DNA of 64,000 nt, from positions 68,521 to 132,520 of the IMG/VR virus record IMGVR_UViG_3300010938_000004. The stretch is one strand, 5' to 3'. Position numbers and translations under genes: made by a program. This DNA comes from a virus. The notes below the pieces were generated by a model. It ran no database searches. It was not told the DNA's origin and saw nothing but the letters and a program-made list of their open reading frames with translations. Every line of letters starts with the position of its first letter. Position 1 is the first letter of the stretch. This document shows, in pieces, positions 29,412 through 39,291 of this stretch.

Positions 29412-29927
29412 GTGAGGGATGTACTCTCATTCATCATGAGCGAAAAGAAGAAGTTTGACCCGCCGACTCCTGACGCCAAGGCCATCAAGCCGGTTCTGAT
29501 CCAAGAACCCAAGACCAAGTATGTTTCTTTATTTGAGGCCATTCGCGGCGACTTAGACCTCAAAATCGAGGCCATCAACCAGCTGAAGAAGCTGCGCACT
29601 CACAAGTTGCCGCTAAAGACTGACGCCAGCAGCGCCAGTGCGATTATCCAGGAGAAGTTCGTTGAGTGGGTGGAAAGCAATCTCAAGGTGCTGTTAGGCG
29701 ACGCCCCATCGGACCCGAGCGTTAAGGCGCCAGTGGTGCTGGACAACGATGTTGCCCGCTCTCTCGTCGCGGAGATCAAGAAGATCACCGATGTCCTGTC
29801 TGGCTCTGGTAGAGTGATTCCTTTACAACCTGGGCCGATACAGCGCGTACCTCTTCGAGAAGAAGATCCCGGAGACACTCCGGGTTTGACCTATGCTGAC
29901 CTCATGAAGGGAGCCGTCGATGAATAA
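29412..29927 (+). CDS. Hypothetical protein
   Basis: ORF within operon. Confidence 0.65.
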   Translation: MRDVLSFIMSEKKKFDPPTPDAKAIKPVLIQEPKTKYVSLFEAIRGDLDLKIEAINQLKKLRTHKLPLKTDASSASAIIQEKFVEWVESNLKVLLGDAPSDPSVKAPVVLDNDVARSLVAEIKKITDVLSGSGRVIPLQPGPIQRVPLREEDPGDTPGLTYADLMKGAVDE

Positions 29928-30549
29928 GACTAAGCAGATTCTGGATAGGGCGAGTTCAACCGGAGGCAAGCAAGGCCAGAAGGCGGCACTGAAGCAGGCC
30001 AATGCCAGCTTGTTGGGCATGGGCCTTAAGATCCAGGCTCTGGCTCAGATCATTGACGACGTTGTAGAGAAGCACGACAATTCTCAGGTCGTGCTGAATG
30101 CGGTGGACGACAAATCCGTTGCACTGGTCAAGCTCCTAGTGAAGAAGGGGCTGATCACGACAGAAGAGCTTCAAGCTCAGTTGGACCAAGATCAGTCAGA
30201 GACTTTCGCCAGGTACAGCCAGGCCGAAGATGAGAAGCTGGGCTTGTTGGTATATGAGGGTCCAGTCGAGGCCGGTCACTTTGTGGATGTGGAGCTGTCG
30301 ACCGAGAGCGACGCGCGTTTGCCTCGATTCATCCGGTTCTGCCATGGTGCTCAGAACGTGGACCCCAAGCTCCAGCAATCAGTGCTTGGCCTCAAGGTTG
30401 GGGATGTCGGCAAGTTCGAGGTAGCCGAACACAAAGTGAGCGCGAAGATCTTGTCTGTACGCGTTCTTCCGAAATCAGACGACACGGCAGAGTCGTCTAA
30501 GCAGGAGGATGCGCCGCAGGCCATCGAGACCCCTACTCCGCAGGAGTAA
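29920..30549 (+). CDS. Coiled-coil + FKBP/trigger-factor PPIase-like domain protein
   Basis: VEAGHFVDVEL...HGAQNVDPKLQQSVLGLKVGD..KFEV..SAKILSVR. Confidence 0.6.
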   Translation: MNKTKQILDRASSTGGKQGQKAALKQANASLLGMGLKIQALAQIIDDVVEKHDNSQVVLNAVDDKSVALVKLLVKKGLITTEELQAQLDQDQSETFARYSQAEDEKLGLLVYEGPVEAGHFVDVELSTESDARLPRFIRFCHGAQNVDPKLQQSVLGLKVGDVGKFEVAEHKVSAKILSVRVLPKSDDTAESSKQEDAPQAIETPTPQE

Positions 30550-30555
30550 GTCATA

Positions 30556-32406
30556 ATGCTGCGTAAGTTTGAGACTCTGAAGCAGTTCGTGCAGCTGCGC
30601 GAGAAGCTTGGCCGTGTCCCCTCTGAGAAAGAGGTTTCGCGGCGCTTTTCTTTGAAGCGCAATCACATTCCTTATAAATGGTTGGTGCAGCTCTCTAAGA
30701 CCATTGCCTCTCCTTCAGAAATAGTCGAAACCGATCCGCGGTTCATGTCTAGTAGACAGCGGTCTCAACTATCAGATGGTCGAGCGATTGCAGACTTAGT
30801 AATCAAGTTGGGGCGCGTGCCATCTAGAGAGGAAATGCTACGAGCCGGAGTAAAGTACACCAGGGACGGCATTGGTCCTGCCATCTATAACGCCCGTAAG
30901 CTGTTTCCGGAGGCATTTTCCGGCATCGTAGATCAGTTCTCCTACGATTCAGAGGCTCTTGCAAAGGATATATCCAGATTCAGTCGTTTTGTGGTGACCA
31001 CTGCCGTAACTGGCTGCCAAGTAGATGAGAAATTTTTAATGTCGCTGGAGAATTACTGCAAGAAGGAGAATGCCCTCCTTGTCATTTTGCCGTGCACAGA
31101 CCCCGCCGCCTCTGTGCCATATATGACTGTGGATTCTAAGCTTGCGGGTAAGCATGTGGCATTCAGCGACGTTTTTTTGAACAGAAACCTGTTTCTGTGC
31201 AGCATCAAGCTCTCAGCTAAGCAGATTGACCCCATCACAGGTCTTACAAACATTTCTCGCAAGAAGGGCAGTTTCATCTTTGCGTCACCTAAGATGCGAC
31301 TGAAGGTGAGCGCTGCGGGCAACGCTAAGCATCCTCATATCGCCATGTCCACTGGCGCCATTACAAAGCCGAACTACAAGACTGATGTGTACATGTCGGA
31401 GCGTACGGCATATATCGCCACCAGCGATCACACCCTTGGGGCTGTGGTTGTAGAGATAGAAGACGATGCGCGCTTTCACTTTCGGCAACTATTGGCGGAT
31501 AAGAAAGATCGCTCGGTGGTGGACCTTGGCGTGCGATATTTCTCGGATGGAAAAGTTCAAGTTGAGCGTCCAGAGGCATTTATCCTGGGAGATTGGCATA
31601 GCGGGAAGACAGATCCGAATGCGCGCCGCGTGTGGAGAGACATCTGCCTCTTGCTCAGGCCAAAGCGCTTGGGCTTGCACGATCTCTTAAACGGCACTAG
31701 CATTTCTCCGCATGAGAGAGATATGAAGCTGACTCGCGCCAAGCTGGCCGACCAGGGCCAGCTGACCCTCTCCCTGGAGACCAAGGGAGTGGCCGCGGAC
31801 CTCCTTGAGATGATTGACTGGAAGGTCGAAGAGATTTTCGTGGTGCGCTCTAACCACGACTACTGGCTGGATCGGTACTTGGAGGGTGCATATTACGTCA
31901 ATGAGCCTCAGAACCATCGGTTTTCGCTGCAACTGGCCTCAGCGCTTTTGGACGGGGTAAATCCTCTGAAGGCTGCGTGTGAGCATTGGGATACGACTGG
32001 AAAGCTCAAGAAGATGGTGCGGTGGCTGGAGTTTGATGAGGACTATTCATGCGGTGGCGTTTATTTGGGTGCGCACGGCCACTTGGGCTCCAATGGGCGC
32101 AAGGGTAGCATCAAAGACTTTTCCAATAGTTACGATGAATCCATCACCGCCCATGAGCACACGCCTGAGATTTACCGCGGCAATTGGCGCGTGGGCACCA
32201 GCTCTTTGTTTGACTTGGGCTACAACAGGGGGCCTTCTAGCTGGATGCATACTTCTTGTCTTTTGTACGCCAATGGCGCACGTCAGTTGGTTTCTTCCAT
32301 TTTTGGGAAGTGGCGCAGCGGCAAGCATACTATAGACACGATCGGGGGGATCGATGCTCAAAAGAGTAAAAATCGGCGACGCCGATATCGGACAAAGTCT
32401 GCTTAA
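30556..32406 (+). CDS. T5 A1-like metallophosphoesterase/nuclease with N-terminal HTH-like repeats
   Basis: GDWH, HDLLNG, SNHD, HGHLGSNG, AHEHTP, GPSSW; two KLGRVPS repeats. Confidence 0.75.
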   Translation: MLRKFETLKQFVQLREKLGRVPSEKEVSRRFSLKRNHIPYKWLVQLSKTIASPSEIVETDPRFMSSRQRSQLSDGRAIADLVIKLGRVPSREEMLRAGVKYTRDGIGPAIYNARKLFPEAFSGIVDQFSYDSEALAKDISRFSRFVVTTAVTGCQVDEKFLMSLENYCKKENALLVILPCTDPAASVPYMTVDSKLAGKHVAFSDVFLNRNLFLCSIKLSAKQIDPITGLTNISRKKGSFIFASPKMRLKVSAAGNAKHPHIAMSTGAITKPNYKTDVYMSERTAYIATSDHTLGAVVVEIEDDARFHFRQLLADKKDRSVVDLGVRYFSDGKVQVERPEAFILGDWHSGKTDPNARRVWRDICLLLRPKRLGLHDLLNGTSISPHERDMKLTRAKLADQGQLTLSLETKGVAADLLEMIDWKVEEIFVVRSNHDYWLDRYLEGAYYVNEPQNHRFSLQLASALLDGVNPLKAACEHWDTTGKLKKMVRWLEFDEDYSCGGVYLGAHGHLGSNGRKGSIKDFSNSYDESITAHEHTPEIYRGNWRVGTSSLFDLGYNRGPSSWMHTSCLLYANGARQLVSSIFGKWRSGKHTIDTIGGIDAQKSKNRRRRYRTKSA

Positions 32407-33253
32407 TGCCCTGGCTGCCGATGGCTTTGTGGTCCTGGGCGACGTGGATAAGTTTCTTCCAGAGTTGATATCTCAGGTCGAGCTTCTTCAGAAGCTAGCC
32501 GCGGAGAACTTGTTCAAGTCGGAAGAAAAGGGCCTGTTGGCCTTTCTTGCGCCGGGCAGCTTCCAGAACCCACAAGAAGGATTGTTCCAGGTCGGGGCAG
32601 AGAATGCCAAGGATAGCGCCCTGAAGGACGAGAAGGGCTTTTACCACTACTATGGGAGCCAGGCCCACACACCAGCTCAGCTCCTCATGGGATTTAACTA
32701 CAAGCAGATGTTCTCGACGATGGCAAGCGTGCGTTCTGGTCTGTCTGATCTGGCGTTGCTGATTGCGGTCGAGTTGGATGGGGCGCTATCCGAGTATATG
32801 GCCATAGATCTCGCATCCCCTCTGGTCGGCAGTCAGCAGTCGCTGCTGCGTACGCTCTACTATCCGAAGACTGAGCTTGGCAAGGTAACCGCGGCGGCTC
32901 ACGAGGATATCAACTGGTTGACCCTGCTGCCATGTGCTGGTGTGACATCTGGACTTGAGATCAATGTCGATAGTATCGGCAGCAGATGGGTCGATGTGTC
33001 TGGCAAGAAGGGTGACGTCGTCATCAACGTCGGAGACATGCTGCAGGAGTACACGCAAGGCACCCTTAAGTCCACGACGCACAGAGTGGTCAGTCGAGGC
33101 GAGGAGCGGACCTCGGTCGCTTTGTTTTCCCACCCTCGCCCTGAGGTGGTCTTGAGTGAGAGGTACACTGCAGGCTCCTACTTGAAGGAGCGCCTGGAAC
33201 AGATCGGCATTTACAGCAATAAGCAGGAGGAGAAGTATGAAAATCAAGGCTAG
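32354..33253 (+). CDS. 2-oxoglutarate/Fe(II) dioxygenase, IPNS/DIOX family
   Basis: LLR.LYYP, AHEDIN, NVGDML, STTHRV, RTS. Confidence 0.9.
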   Translation: MLKRVKIGDADIGQSLLNALAADGFVVLGDVDKFLPELISQVELLQKLAAENLFKSEEKGLLAFLAPGSFQNPQEGLFQVGAENAKDSALKDEKGFYHYYGSQAHTPAQLLMGFNYKQMFSTMASVRSGLSDLALLIAVELDGALSEYMAIDLASPLVGSQQSLLRTLYYPKTELGKVTAAAHEDINWLTLLPCAGVTSGLEINVDSIGSRWVDVSGKKGDVVINVGDMLQEYTQGTLKSTTHRVVSRGEERTSVALFSHPRPEVVLSERYTAGSYLKERLEQIGIYSNKQEEKYENQG

Positions 33254-33409
33254 CGACCTAAATGGAAAGAGCGCAAGCCTATTGCCACGGCGTCGATTCA
33301 CCTACCTGGCTCTTGTCTGATCCTAAACGGCGTCGAGTATTAACTTATCTTTTCCAATTATTTAGGCCACTGATCGCGTAGCCATCATCTGCCGTGTCAG
33401 AATACGCGC

Positions 33410-33610
33410 GTGAAGGTTTCACGCACAATGTTGAACCAGGCTGAGCGTGACTTTAAGGACCGCACCAACGCTTGGCTGGAGCTTCAAGCCAAGGTCCTGG
33501 CAGCCAACCGTCGCATGGTCGGCCGTGTCCGGGTAGTGTCCCTGGATGAATATCGCAAGACCCGCCTAGCTGAGCAGCTAGTCTCTCTGGTCCTCAGGAA
33601 GAGGGGCTGA
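33410..33610 (+). CDS. Hypothetical protein
   Basis: 66 aa, VVSLDEYRK motif. Confidence 0.55.
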   Translation: MKVSRTMLNQAERDFKDRTNAWLELQAKVLAANRRMVGRVRVVSLDEYRKTRLAEQLVSLVLRKRG

Positions 33611-33900
33611 TGGACTCGCGATGCCCACTTAAGCTAAAGCACTTTCCTGCCGGCCCATGCTCTGAGGGCCACAGAGCCGTAGTGGCGGCACGTGCTAGGA
33701 AGCCGCATGTTGGGTGTCCATATTTTGTGAATGACGCAGGGTCTAATTACTGCGCCTTCAAGTACATGGCCAAGAATGAAGGCAGAGAGGCCCCTGTCTC
33801 AGAGATAGCTGTACTTCTCCTGTGCACTGAGGAGGAGGTCAAGGCAGCCTTGGCTTCTGCATTAGCTAAGATGTGCGAAGGTATGAAGAATTCGTACTAG
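33610..33900 (+). CDS. Cys-rich protein with C-terminal sigma region-4-like HTH
   Basis: C..C..CPY..C; SEIAVLLLCTEEEVKAALASALAK. Confidence 0.55.
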   Translation: MDSRCPLKLKHFPAGPCSEGHRAVVAARARKPHVGCPYFVNDAGSNYCAFKYMAKNEGREAPVSEIAVLLLCTEEEVKAALASALAKMCEGMKNSY

Positions 33901-33923
33901 CCTCCTCGTGGTAGATTCCCTCC

Positions 33924-34553
33924 ATGAGCTTGAAGAAGTCCCTGGTGATGGAGACCATCATGGCTACAGAGGCTGTAGATACGGATGGCGAGCGTCTATC
34001 GATCGCCGGTGCTGATATCACGCCCCTGGTTAAGGACAAAAGCGGGTATGTGAACTCGGATCACCTCAAGGGATTCTCGAACCTCGTCGGGCGCATTATT
34101 AGCGCCAACAAGGTCATGAAGGCAGAGGATGCACAGACGGACTACCAGCGCCGTCAGTGGAACAAGCTCCAGCGCCCTTTTCTCGCTGGTTCTATCGAAC
34201 TCTACGACGGATGCGGCCATAAAGAAGCCGACGCTATCGCCTCCATTGCGCGTTTCTATATCGAGAAGGGTGAGGACCCGCCGATCAAGACCTCTGTCGA
34301 GGGTAAGAAGATCGAGACGGGCAGCGACGGGCACTTGAAGAAGACCTTGATCCGCGGACTGGCGCTTACGATTACTCCGGCGAACAAGGAGACTCACTCA
34401 CAAGTGGTGGGGATTTTGAAGTCGGAAGGAGTCGAACTTCCTGGCTCGGCTCTCTCGAAGACTGAGGCACCGGCGTTCATTGAGGTAGATGTAGTGGACC
34501 AAGTTACTGCGGTGTTGGATAGCGTAGTGAGGGTGCTTAAGCGTAAAAGCTGA
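33924..34553 (+). CDS. Prohead maturation protease (HK97-type)
   Basis: DTDGE, NSDH, SVEG, ALTITPAN. Confidence 0.85.
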   Translation: MSLKKSLVMETIMATEAVDTDGERLSIAGADITPLVKDKSGYVNSDHLKGFSNLVGRIISANKVMKAEDAQTDYQRRQWNKLQRPFLAGSIELYDGCGHKEADAIASIARFYIEKGEDPPIKTSVEGKKIETGSDGHLKKTLIRGLALTITPANKETHSQVVGILKSEGVELPGSALSKTEAPAFIEVDVVDQVTAVLDSVVRVLKRKS

Positions 34554-34694
34554 GCATCGTTGGTTAATCGCACATCGCGATATGCGATGAGGAGTGAGGC
34601 AGTTTTCTTACAGGCCCTCTAACTATGGCGTGTTAGAAGGTCTATGAATCAAGTTTTTGATGACCCTAAGGGGTCTCGATGAAGGAGAAACACG

Positions 34695-35147
34695 ATGGCT
34701 CGTCAGAGTAACCAGAAGGACCAGTTGACCCGGCGCCTGAAGCAGATGTGCAAGCGCTTTCTTTCCGACTATACGGTCGGTGACCTCGCGCTGACCGGCG
34801 CCGGTTTTGCGCAGCAGGGTGTTACGGTGACGTCTTCGGGCGGAGTGCTTTTGGCGCTTTTGGCCGTTAAGCAGCGAAGTTTTTCGGGATTCAATGTCGT
34901 CGCTGAGCTTAGCTCTAGCGCTGGCGAAGGATTGCCGGAGCATGAGCTGTGGGTTTGCGAAGACTCGGACGCGTCTGGCATGACGAACATTTTCTTGGCG
35001 CGCCTGATGGCAGTCGCTTCGAAGCTGGGATGCAGCTCGATCAAGTTCATTGATTCCACGTCTACTCCCGCGGAATCGGTTTTGACGGAAGCGAACGTCG
35101 ACGTCGAGATTCCGAATAGCGATCAGCTGGGTGCTGTCGGCGCGTAA
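34695..35147 (+). CDS. Putative head-associated protein
   Basis: Strong SD AAGGAG; between protease and scaffold. Confidence 0.6.
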   Translation: MARQSNQKDQLTRRLKQMCKRFLSDYTVGDLALTGAGFAQQGVTVTSSGGVLLALLAVKQRSFSGFNVVAELSSSAGEGLPEHELWVCEDSDASGMTNIFLARLMAVASKLGCSSIKFIDSTSTPAESVLTEANVDVEIPNSDQLGAVGA

Positions 35148-35182
35148 GCGCCGCTTGGCCTTAACTAGTTTTTGAGGTAGCC

Positions 35183-35968
35183 ATGTCTGGCAACGACAAA
35201 ATCTTCGCGGCTCTTGAGAAGTGCGATGAGGCCTTGGCGCTCATCAATCAAGAGATCGCACTGAGTAAGTCCGAGGAAGCTCTTGTCGATGATGAGAGCG
35301 ACGACGAGGCCAACGGCGGTAGGCCTGAAGAAGTTCAGGACCCGACTCGCCAGGTGGTCAAGGCGGCTGAAGAGCCTTCGAAAGAGGAGCCCCCGTCTGA
35401 TGAGAAAAAGGATGAGGAAGACAAGGACAAGCAGGATGACGATCAGCCGGAAGAGTCGGACGACGATCTGAGGCGCAGCTACGACGCCATCTGTAAGAAG
35501 ATGGCCGCGCGCGGCCTGAAGAAGTCAGAGACCAAGGAAACCCCGGCTGTCGAGAAGAAGTCCTCGGCGTCCGAGGAAGAGTTTAGGAAGGCGCAGAGCG
35601 ACGTCAACGATCTGAAGAAGGCGCTGGCGAGCCGTGATGCTCAGATCGACGAGCTTAGCAAGTCGATCAAAGCGATCGGCGATCTTCAGAAGAGCTTCGA
35701 CCAGCTGAAGGCTGAAGTCGAGCGTATCGGCGAGACCCCGGTCCCCCGTCAGGGAGTCCAGGGTACGGAGCCCCTCATCAAGGGTCAAGAGCGCAAGTCC
35801 GAAGAGAAACTGCAACTCTCTAAGAGTCAGGTTCTTGATCGGCTGCTCAAGATCCAGCTGAAGGATCCCCAGGCCGTTACCCCCGCCTTCGTTTCGAAGG
35901 TCGAGTCGGGCCGCATGTCGCAGGCCGACCAGGTTCGCCTGGGCAAGTTGATGGCGGCTTTTAACTAA
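35183..35968 (+). CDS. Scaffolding protein
   Basis: Acidic coiled coil directly before MCP; many LxK(S/A) sites. Confidence 0.75.
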   Translation: MSGNDKIFAALEKCDEALALINQEIALSKSEEALVDDESDDEANGGRPEEVQDPTRQVVKAAEEPSKEEPPSDEKKDEEDKDKQDDDQPEESDDDLRRSYDAICKKMAARGLKKSETKETPAVEKKSSASEEEFRKAQSDVNDLKKALASRDAQIDELSKSIKAIGDLQKSFDQLKAEVERIGETPVPRQGVQGTEPLIKGQERKSEEKLQLSKSQVLDRLLKIQLKDPQAVTPAFVSKVESGRMSQADQVRLGKLMAAFN

Positions 35969-35990
35969 AGTTTCAGAAGGAGAAGTATCC

Positions 35991-37463
35991 ATGTTCGAAG
36001 ACATTTATAGCATGTTGAACGGTGGCCAGCCGGAAAACGACGTGGCCACGGACCTCGCGAAGACGATGCAGTTCGGTCACGCGAATGGCACGGTTGCTCC
36101 TGCGTCCTACCAGGGCGGAGCGGTTTTCCAGATGGAGTCGGTTGACGCGACGCTGAAGAGCGTCACGTACGATCAATCGCACTTCGTCCTGTGGCCGACG
36201 ATCGCGCAAGCGCGAGCGTTCAGCCTGGTCGAGCAGTACAACCGCGTTACGGGCTACGGCGACAACGGTTCGGCGTACATCCCGGAGAGCGGTTCTCCTC
36301 GCATGAATGATTCCGAGTACAACCGTCAGGGAGCCAAGGTCGTATTTCTCGCGACGCGCCGCGGCGTTCCGATGGTCAGCCAGTTCCTCCGCATGCATGC
36401 GCCGACGGACATCGAAGGTGCGGAAACGCAGAGCGGCACGCTTTGGCTGCTTGAGAAGCTCGAACGCGAGCTGTATTTCGGCTCGGGTCAGTTCTCGAAC
36501 GCGGGCGCCTTCGATGGCAGCATCGCGGCTATCCCTGTCAAGATCCAGAACCTGAACCTGTCGGGCCTCGACGCCGAAATCCGGCGCGGTGACACGGACG
36601 AGATGGCGCTTGCGCGATCGTTCGAAGGTTACAGCGCGGACCAGTCGGTCATCCAGGACTTGGCTGGCGAGATTCTCGACGAAGACGCGCTCGAAGCGCT
36701 CGCCCAGAAGATCATGCAGAACTTGGGTCGTCCGAAGACCCTCGACTGCGATACCAAGACGATGTCTGACTTCATTCGCACGTTCCTCCCAAAGGAGCGT
36801 GTGAATCCGATGGGCATCCTCGATGGTCGCGCGGGCTACGTGGTTCGCACCTACGCCTCGTTGGCGGGCGATATCGCGCTCCGCCCGAATGTCTTCCTCT
36901 TCCCCAAGAAGAAGAAGTTCGCGCGTGCGGCGCCGGGTACACTCGGCGCTCCGGCGTCGGCGTCGGCTTCGCAGGCTGCAGGCAGCTCGGACCTGAAGAA
37001 TGGCGACATCCTCGTGTACGAAGTTGCCTCGTGCAACGAGCAGGGTGAAGGCTCTGCCACGGTGGTCGCGTCGTCTCTCACGGTTTCCGCGGATGGCAAT
37101 CGTGTTACGCTCACGATCGGTGACCCGTCTTCGGGCACGCCGACGCATTACGCGGTCTATCGCACGGATAAAACCGGCGCGGCGGCCACGCGTGAGTTCA
37201 TCGGTTACGTCCGACGTTCGGGCACTTCGACGAGCTTCATCGACGACGGCAAGAAGCTCCCCGGCGGAGCCCAGGCGTTCATGCTCGACATGCGCCCGGA
37301 TATCCTCCAGGTTCGTCAGCTGGCGCCGCTTCTCAAGTTGCCACAGGGCCAAATTGGCACGGCACGCGAGTACATCTTGTGGTTGGCTGTCACGCTCATC
37401 GTAGCGCATCCGCGCGCGCAGGGCGTCTGTGACCGCATCGGCCGCGCGGTGACCCCGGCGTAA
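35991..37463 (+). CDS. Major capsid protein (SPO1/Twort-like) with C-terminal FN3-like insertion
   Basis: LAK|T propeptide site, ESVD.TLK, VEQYN, ERELYFG, QLAPLLKLP; followed by terminator. Confidence 0.9.
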   Translation: MFEDIYSMLNGGQPENDVATDLAKTMQFGHANGTVAPASYQGGAVFQMESVDATLKSVTYDQSHFVLWPTIAQARAFSLVEQYNRVTGYGDNGSAYIPESGSPRMNDSEYNRQGAKVVFLATRRGVPMVSQFLRMHAPTDIEGAETQSGTLWLLEKLERELYFGSGQFSNAGAFDGSIAAIPVKIQNLNLSGLDAEIRRGDTDEMALARSFEGYSADQSVIQDLAGEILDEDALEALAQKIMQNLGRPKTLDCDTKTMSDFIRTFLPKERVNPMGILDGRAGYVVRTYASLAGDIALRPNVFLFPKKKKFARAAPGTLGAPASASASQAAGSSDLKNGDILVYEVASCNEQGEGSATVVASSLTVSADGNRVTLTIGDPSSGTPTHYAVYRTDKTGAAATREFIGYVRRSGTSTSFIDDGKKLPGGAQAFMLDMRPDILQVRQLAPLLKLPQGQIGTAREYILWLAVTLIVAHPRAQGVCDRIGRAVTPA

Positions 37464-37494
37464 GTCAGTACAAAATCAATTTCCCTCCCCGTCT

Positions 37495-37536
37495 CAACCC
37501 CTAGGTAGCAGTAGCTATCTGGGGGTTGTTATTTTT
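37495..37536 (+). terminator. Rho-independent terminator after MCP
   Basis: CAACCCCTAGGTAGC-AGTA-GCTATCTGGGGGTTG-TTATTTTT. Confidence 0.9.
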
Positions 37537-37759
37537 GTCATTAAAATCAGCACTTAGTACGATTTCATTTGCGGCGTCATTCTGTCTCTGTGGAAATTCC
37601 TTAAATAATATTAATTACTTGCTTTAGATTTTGGGATATGGCAAGATGGACTGAAGCGTGTCTGGGATGTCGGCAAGAAGAGATGGCGCGTCACGCGTTG
37701 ACTTTGCGCAATGCGTCGAGTAGCATGGAAAAGACCGGAGGCCTCAAAGAGGTTGAGCT

Positions 37760-38236
37760 ATGTACTTCATTAAATTCGACAAGGAAACTCTGGCTGAAGC
37801 TATCGAATCGCACTTCAACCGGCGCGGTTTCGATTCTTTGGATGATGCATGTGTAGACGCGGTAGTCGCATCAGATGGTCCGGGCAGCTTCTTCGACATC
37901 ATTCTGAAGGACAGCGCGACAGTGGACCGGTATGAGCTGGTGGACCGGTACGAAGTGTACGAGGAGCGCTCTGATTATTGGAACTACAGAGCGGTAATCC
38001 AATCTTATTCAAGGGAAGAGCTGGATGCCGCGATCGGTAAGATCATTAGTGCTGAGCATTTGAAAGCCGCCGGAAGGCCAAGTGCCGTTGCGGACTGCGC
38101 CAAGCAGCTTTTTATGAAGCGCGATCTGTCTTCTCCTGAAAGCCGAATCATTCGCCTGGCTCTTGAAGATCTCCAGAAGGGCGCCTTCAATTTCAGAGAA
38201 GAAAAGGAGTGGCCAAGAGACAACTCCGCGAGCTAA
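37760..38236 (+). CDS. Hypothetical protein
   Basis: SD GAGG; internal VDRYE duplication. Confidence 0.6.
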   Translation: MYFIKFDKETLAEAIESHFNRRGFDSLDDACVDAVVASDGPGSFFDIILKDSATVDRYELVDRYEVYEERSDYWNYRAVIQSYSREELDAAIGKIISAEHLKAAGRPSAVADCAKQLFMKRDLSSPESRIIRLALEDLQKGAFNFREEKEWPRDNSAS

Positions 38237-38838
38237 ACGATGCTGATGATAATCCCTTCATGGAGTATGTCAGGGCCATGCCGAAGGAGCCGGGCGGTAC
38301 TGGGAGACGCCGCCGGTAACCAAGCTGGTCTTTAGGTTTCAAAAAGAGTTAGAGCATCTAGGCCGCTTGTTTCAGGTGTCGCAGGTTTCGACATGGCGAC
38401 GGAATTTCTGGCGCGCTCCAATTGACGGTGAATGGTCTCAGCAAACTGATCAATTGATATTTGACCCGGCCACGATGGGCCCCAAGCACGGAGGGAAATA
38501 ATGATCCTAGCTTTTTCTTTGGTTCATCAGTATCAGATTGTCCTAAATGTGGGGGCCGGCTTCTGCCGCAGGGCCGTCGCCCTTTCCGCTGCGCCTTTTG
38601 TCACGGCTCGTGACATCGTCTATGAGTAGAGTATGAGCGCCATAAGAACGAGCCTCATTACCCGATGGAGACCGTATGCGCCACCATCCCAGAGACCGGA
38701 GAGCCTGTGCGTCTTGCGATCGCTGGGTTTAGGGCTTCGCTTCCCGGCCGGAAACTTACTCCGCTGCAGCTTGCTGAGGAACTGGTGCGCCATCGTGACA
38801 AAGAAAATCCCTTGCTATCTTTCCGTAGAACCCGATAA
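38209..38838 (+). pseudogene. Three consecutive small frameshifted genes (38209-38501, 38501-38613 Zn ribbon, 38622-38838)
   Basis: Each becomes a coupled ORF after restoring 1-2 nt in a G run, a T run or an AG repeat; the second gives CPKC...CAFC. Confidence 0.5.
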
Positions 38839-38847
38839 AATGCTTCT

Positions 38848-39291
38848 ATGGTTAAGATCTTGGGCTTACTGGGCGGTTTCTGTTTCGCTTTCTGCGGCGT
38901 TCCACCCGCATTGAATGCCATCAAGATGGGCAGCACATCGGTGCCGAGGTCTACCGCGTGGCTAGTGTTCATGGGTGGCGTGTTCATGTACGCCTATCTG
39001 CTTTTCACCTACGGCTTCGATCTGGTCTTATTTGTCAACTACGCGATCGAGATCGCGAGCTGGGGCATCATTGTGCGTTATCAGCTGTTCCCGCGCGTGA
39101 GGCCTCGCCGCTCCAGCAAGGGTAAGACCTACAATACCCCACACGGCAAGGCCCAGGTTCTTGAACAAGATGAGCGTGACAACGTATTACTGAGCTTTGA
39201 GCGTTCGGTGGCCTTGAACGGAGGGCTCAGCTCTACTACTTGGTGGGTCAGCCCAGAGAGGCTTGAGCGACTGCGCAAGGGGGAAAGATGA
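38848..39291 (+). CDS. PQ-loop/SemiSWEET-like 3-TM protein with soluble C-terminal extension
   Basis: ILGLLGGFCFAFCGVP.., three TM helices, NY motif; TTGCTA-N18-TAAAAT promoter. Confidence 0.7.
   Translation: MVKILGLLGGFCFAFCGVPPALNAIKMGSTSVPRSTAWLVFMGGVFMYAYLLFTYGFDLVLFVNYAIEIASWGIIVRYQLFPRVRPRRSSKGKTYNTPHGKAQVLEQDERDNVLLSFERSVALNGGLSSTTWWVSPERLERLRKGER

Noticed and set aside
35973-37409. 478 aa antisense ORF, and similar shadow ORFs opposite groEL, recA and portal
   Set aside because: Mirror frames caused by strong codon bias of the sense genes; no motifs or start signals
37537-37630. att/IHF site in the AT-rich gap after MCP
   Set aside because: AATCAGCACTTA does not fit the IHF consensus spacing, and there is no integrase or paired repeat
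38374-38400. tmRNA 5' end (GGTTTCGAC)
   Set aside because: No GGGG start and no matching 3' T-arm/CCA; region better explained as a frameshifted ORF
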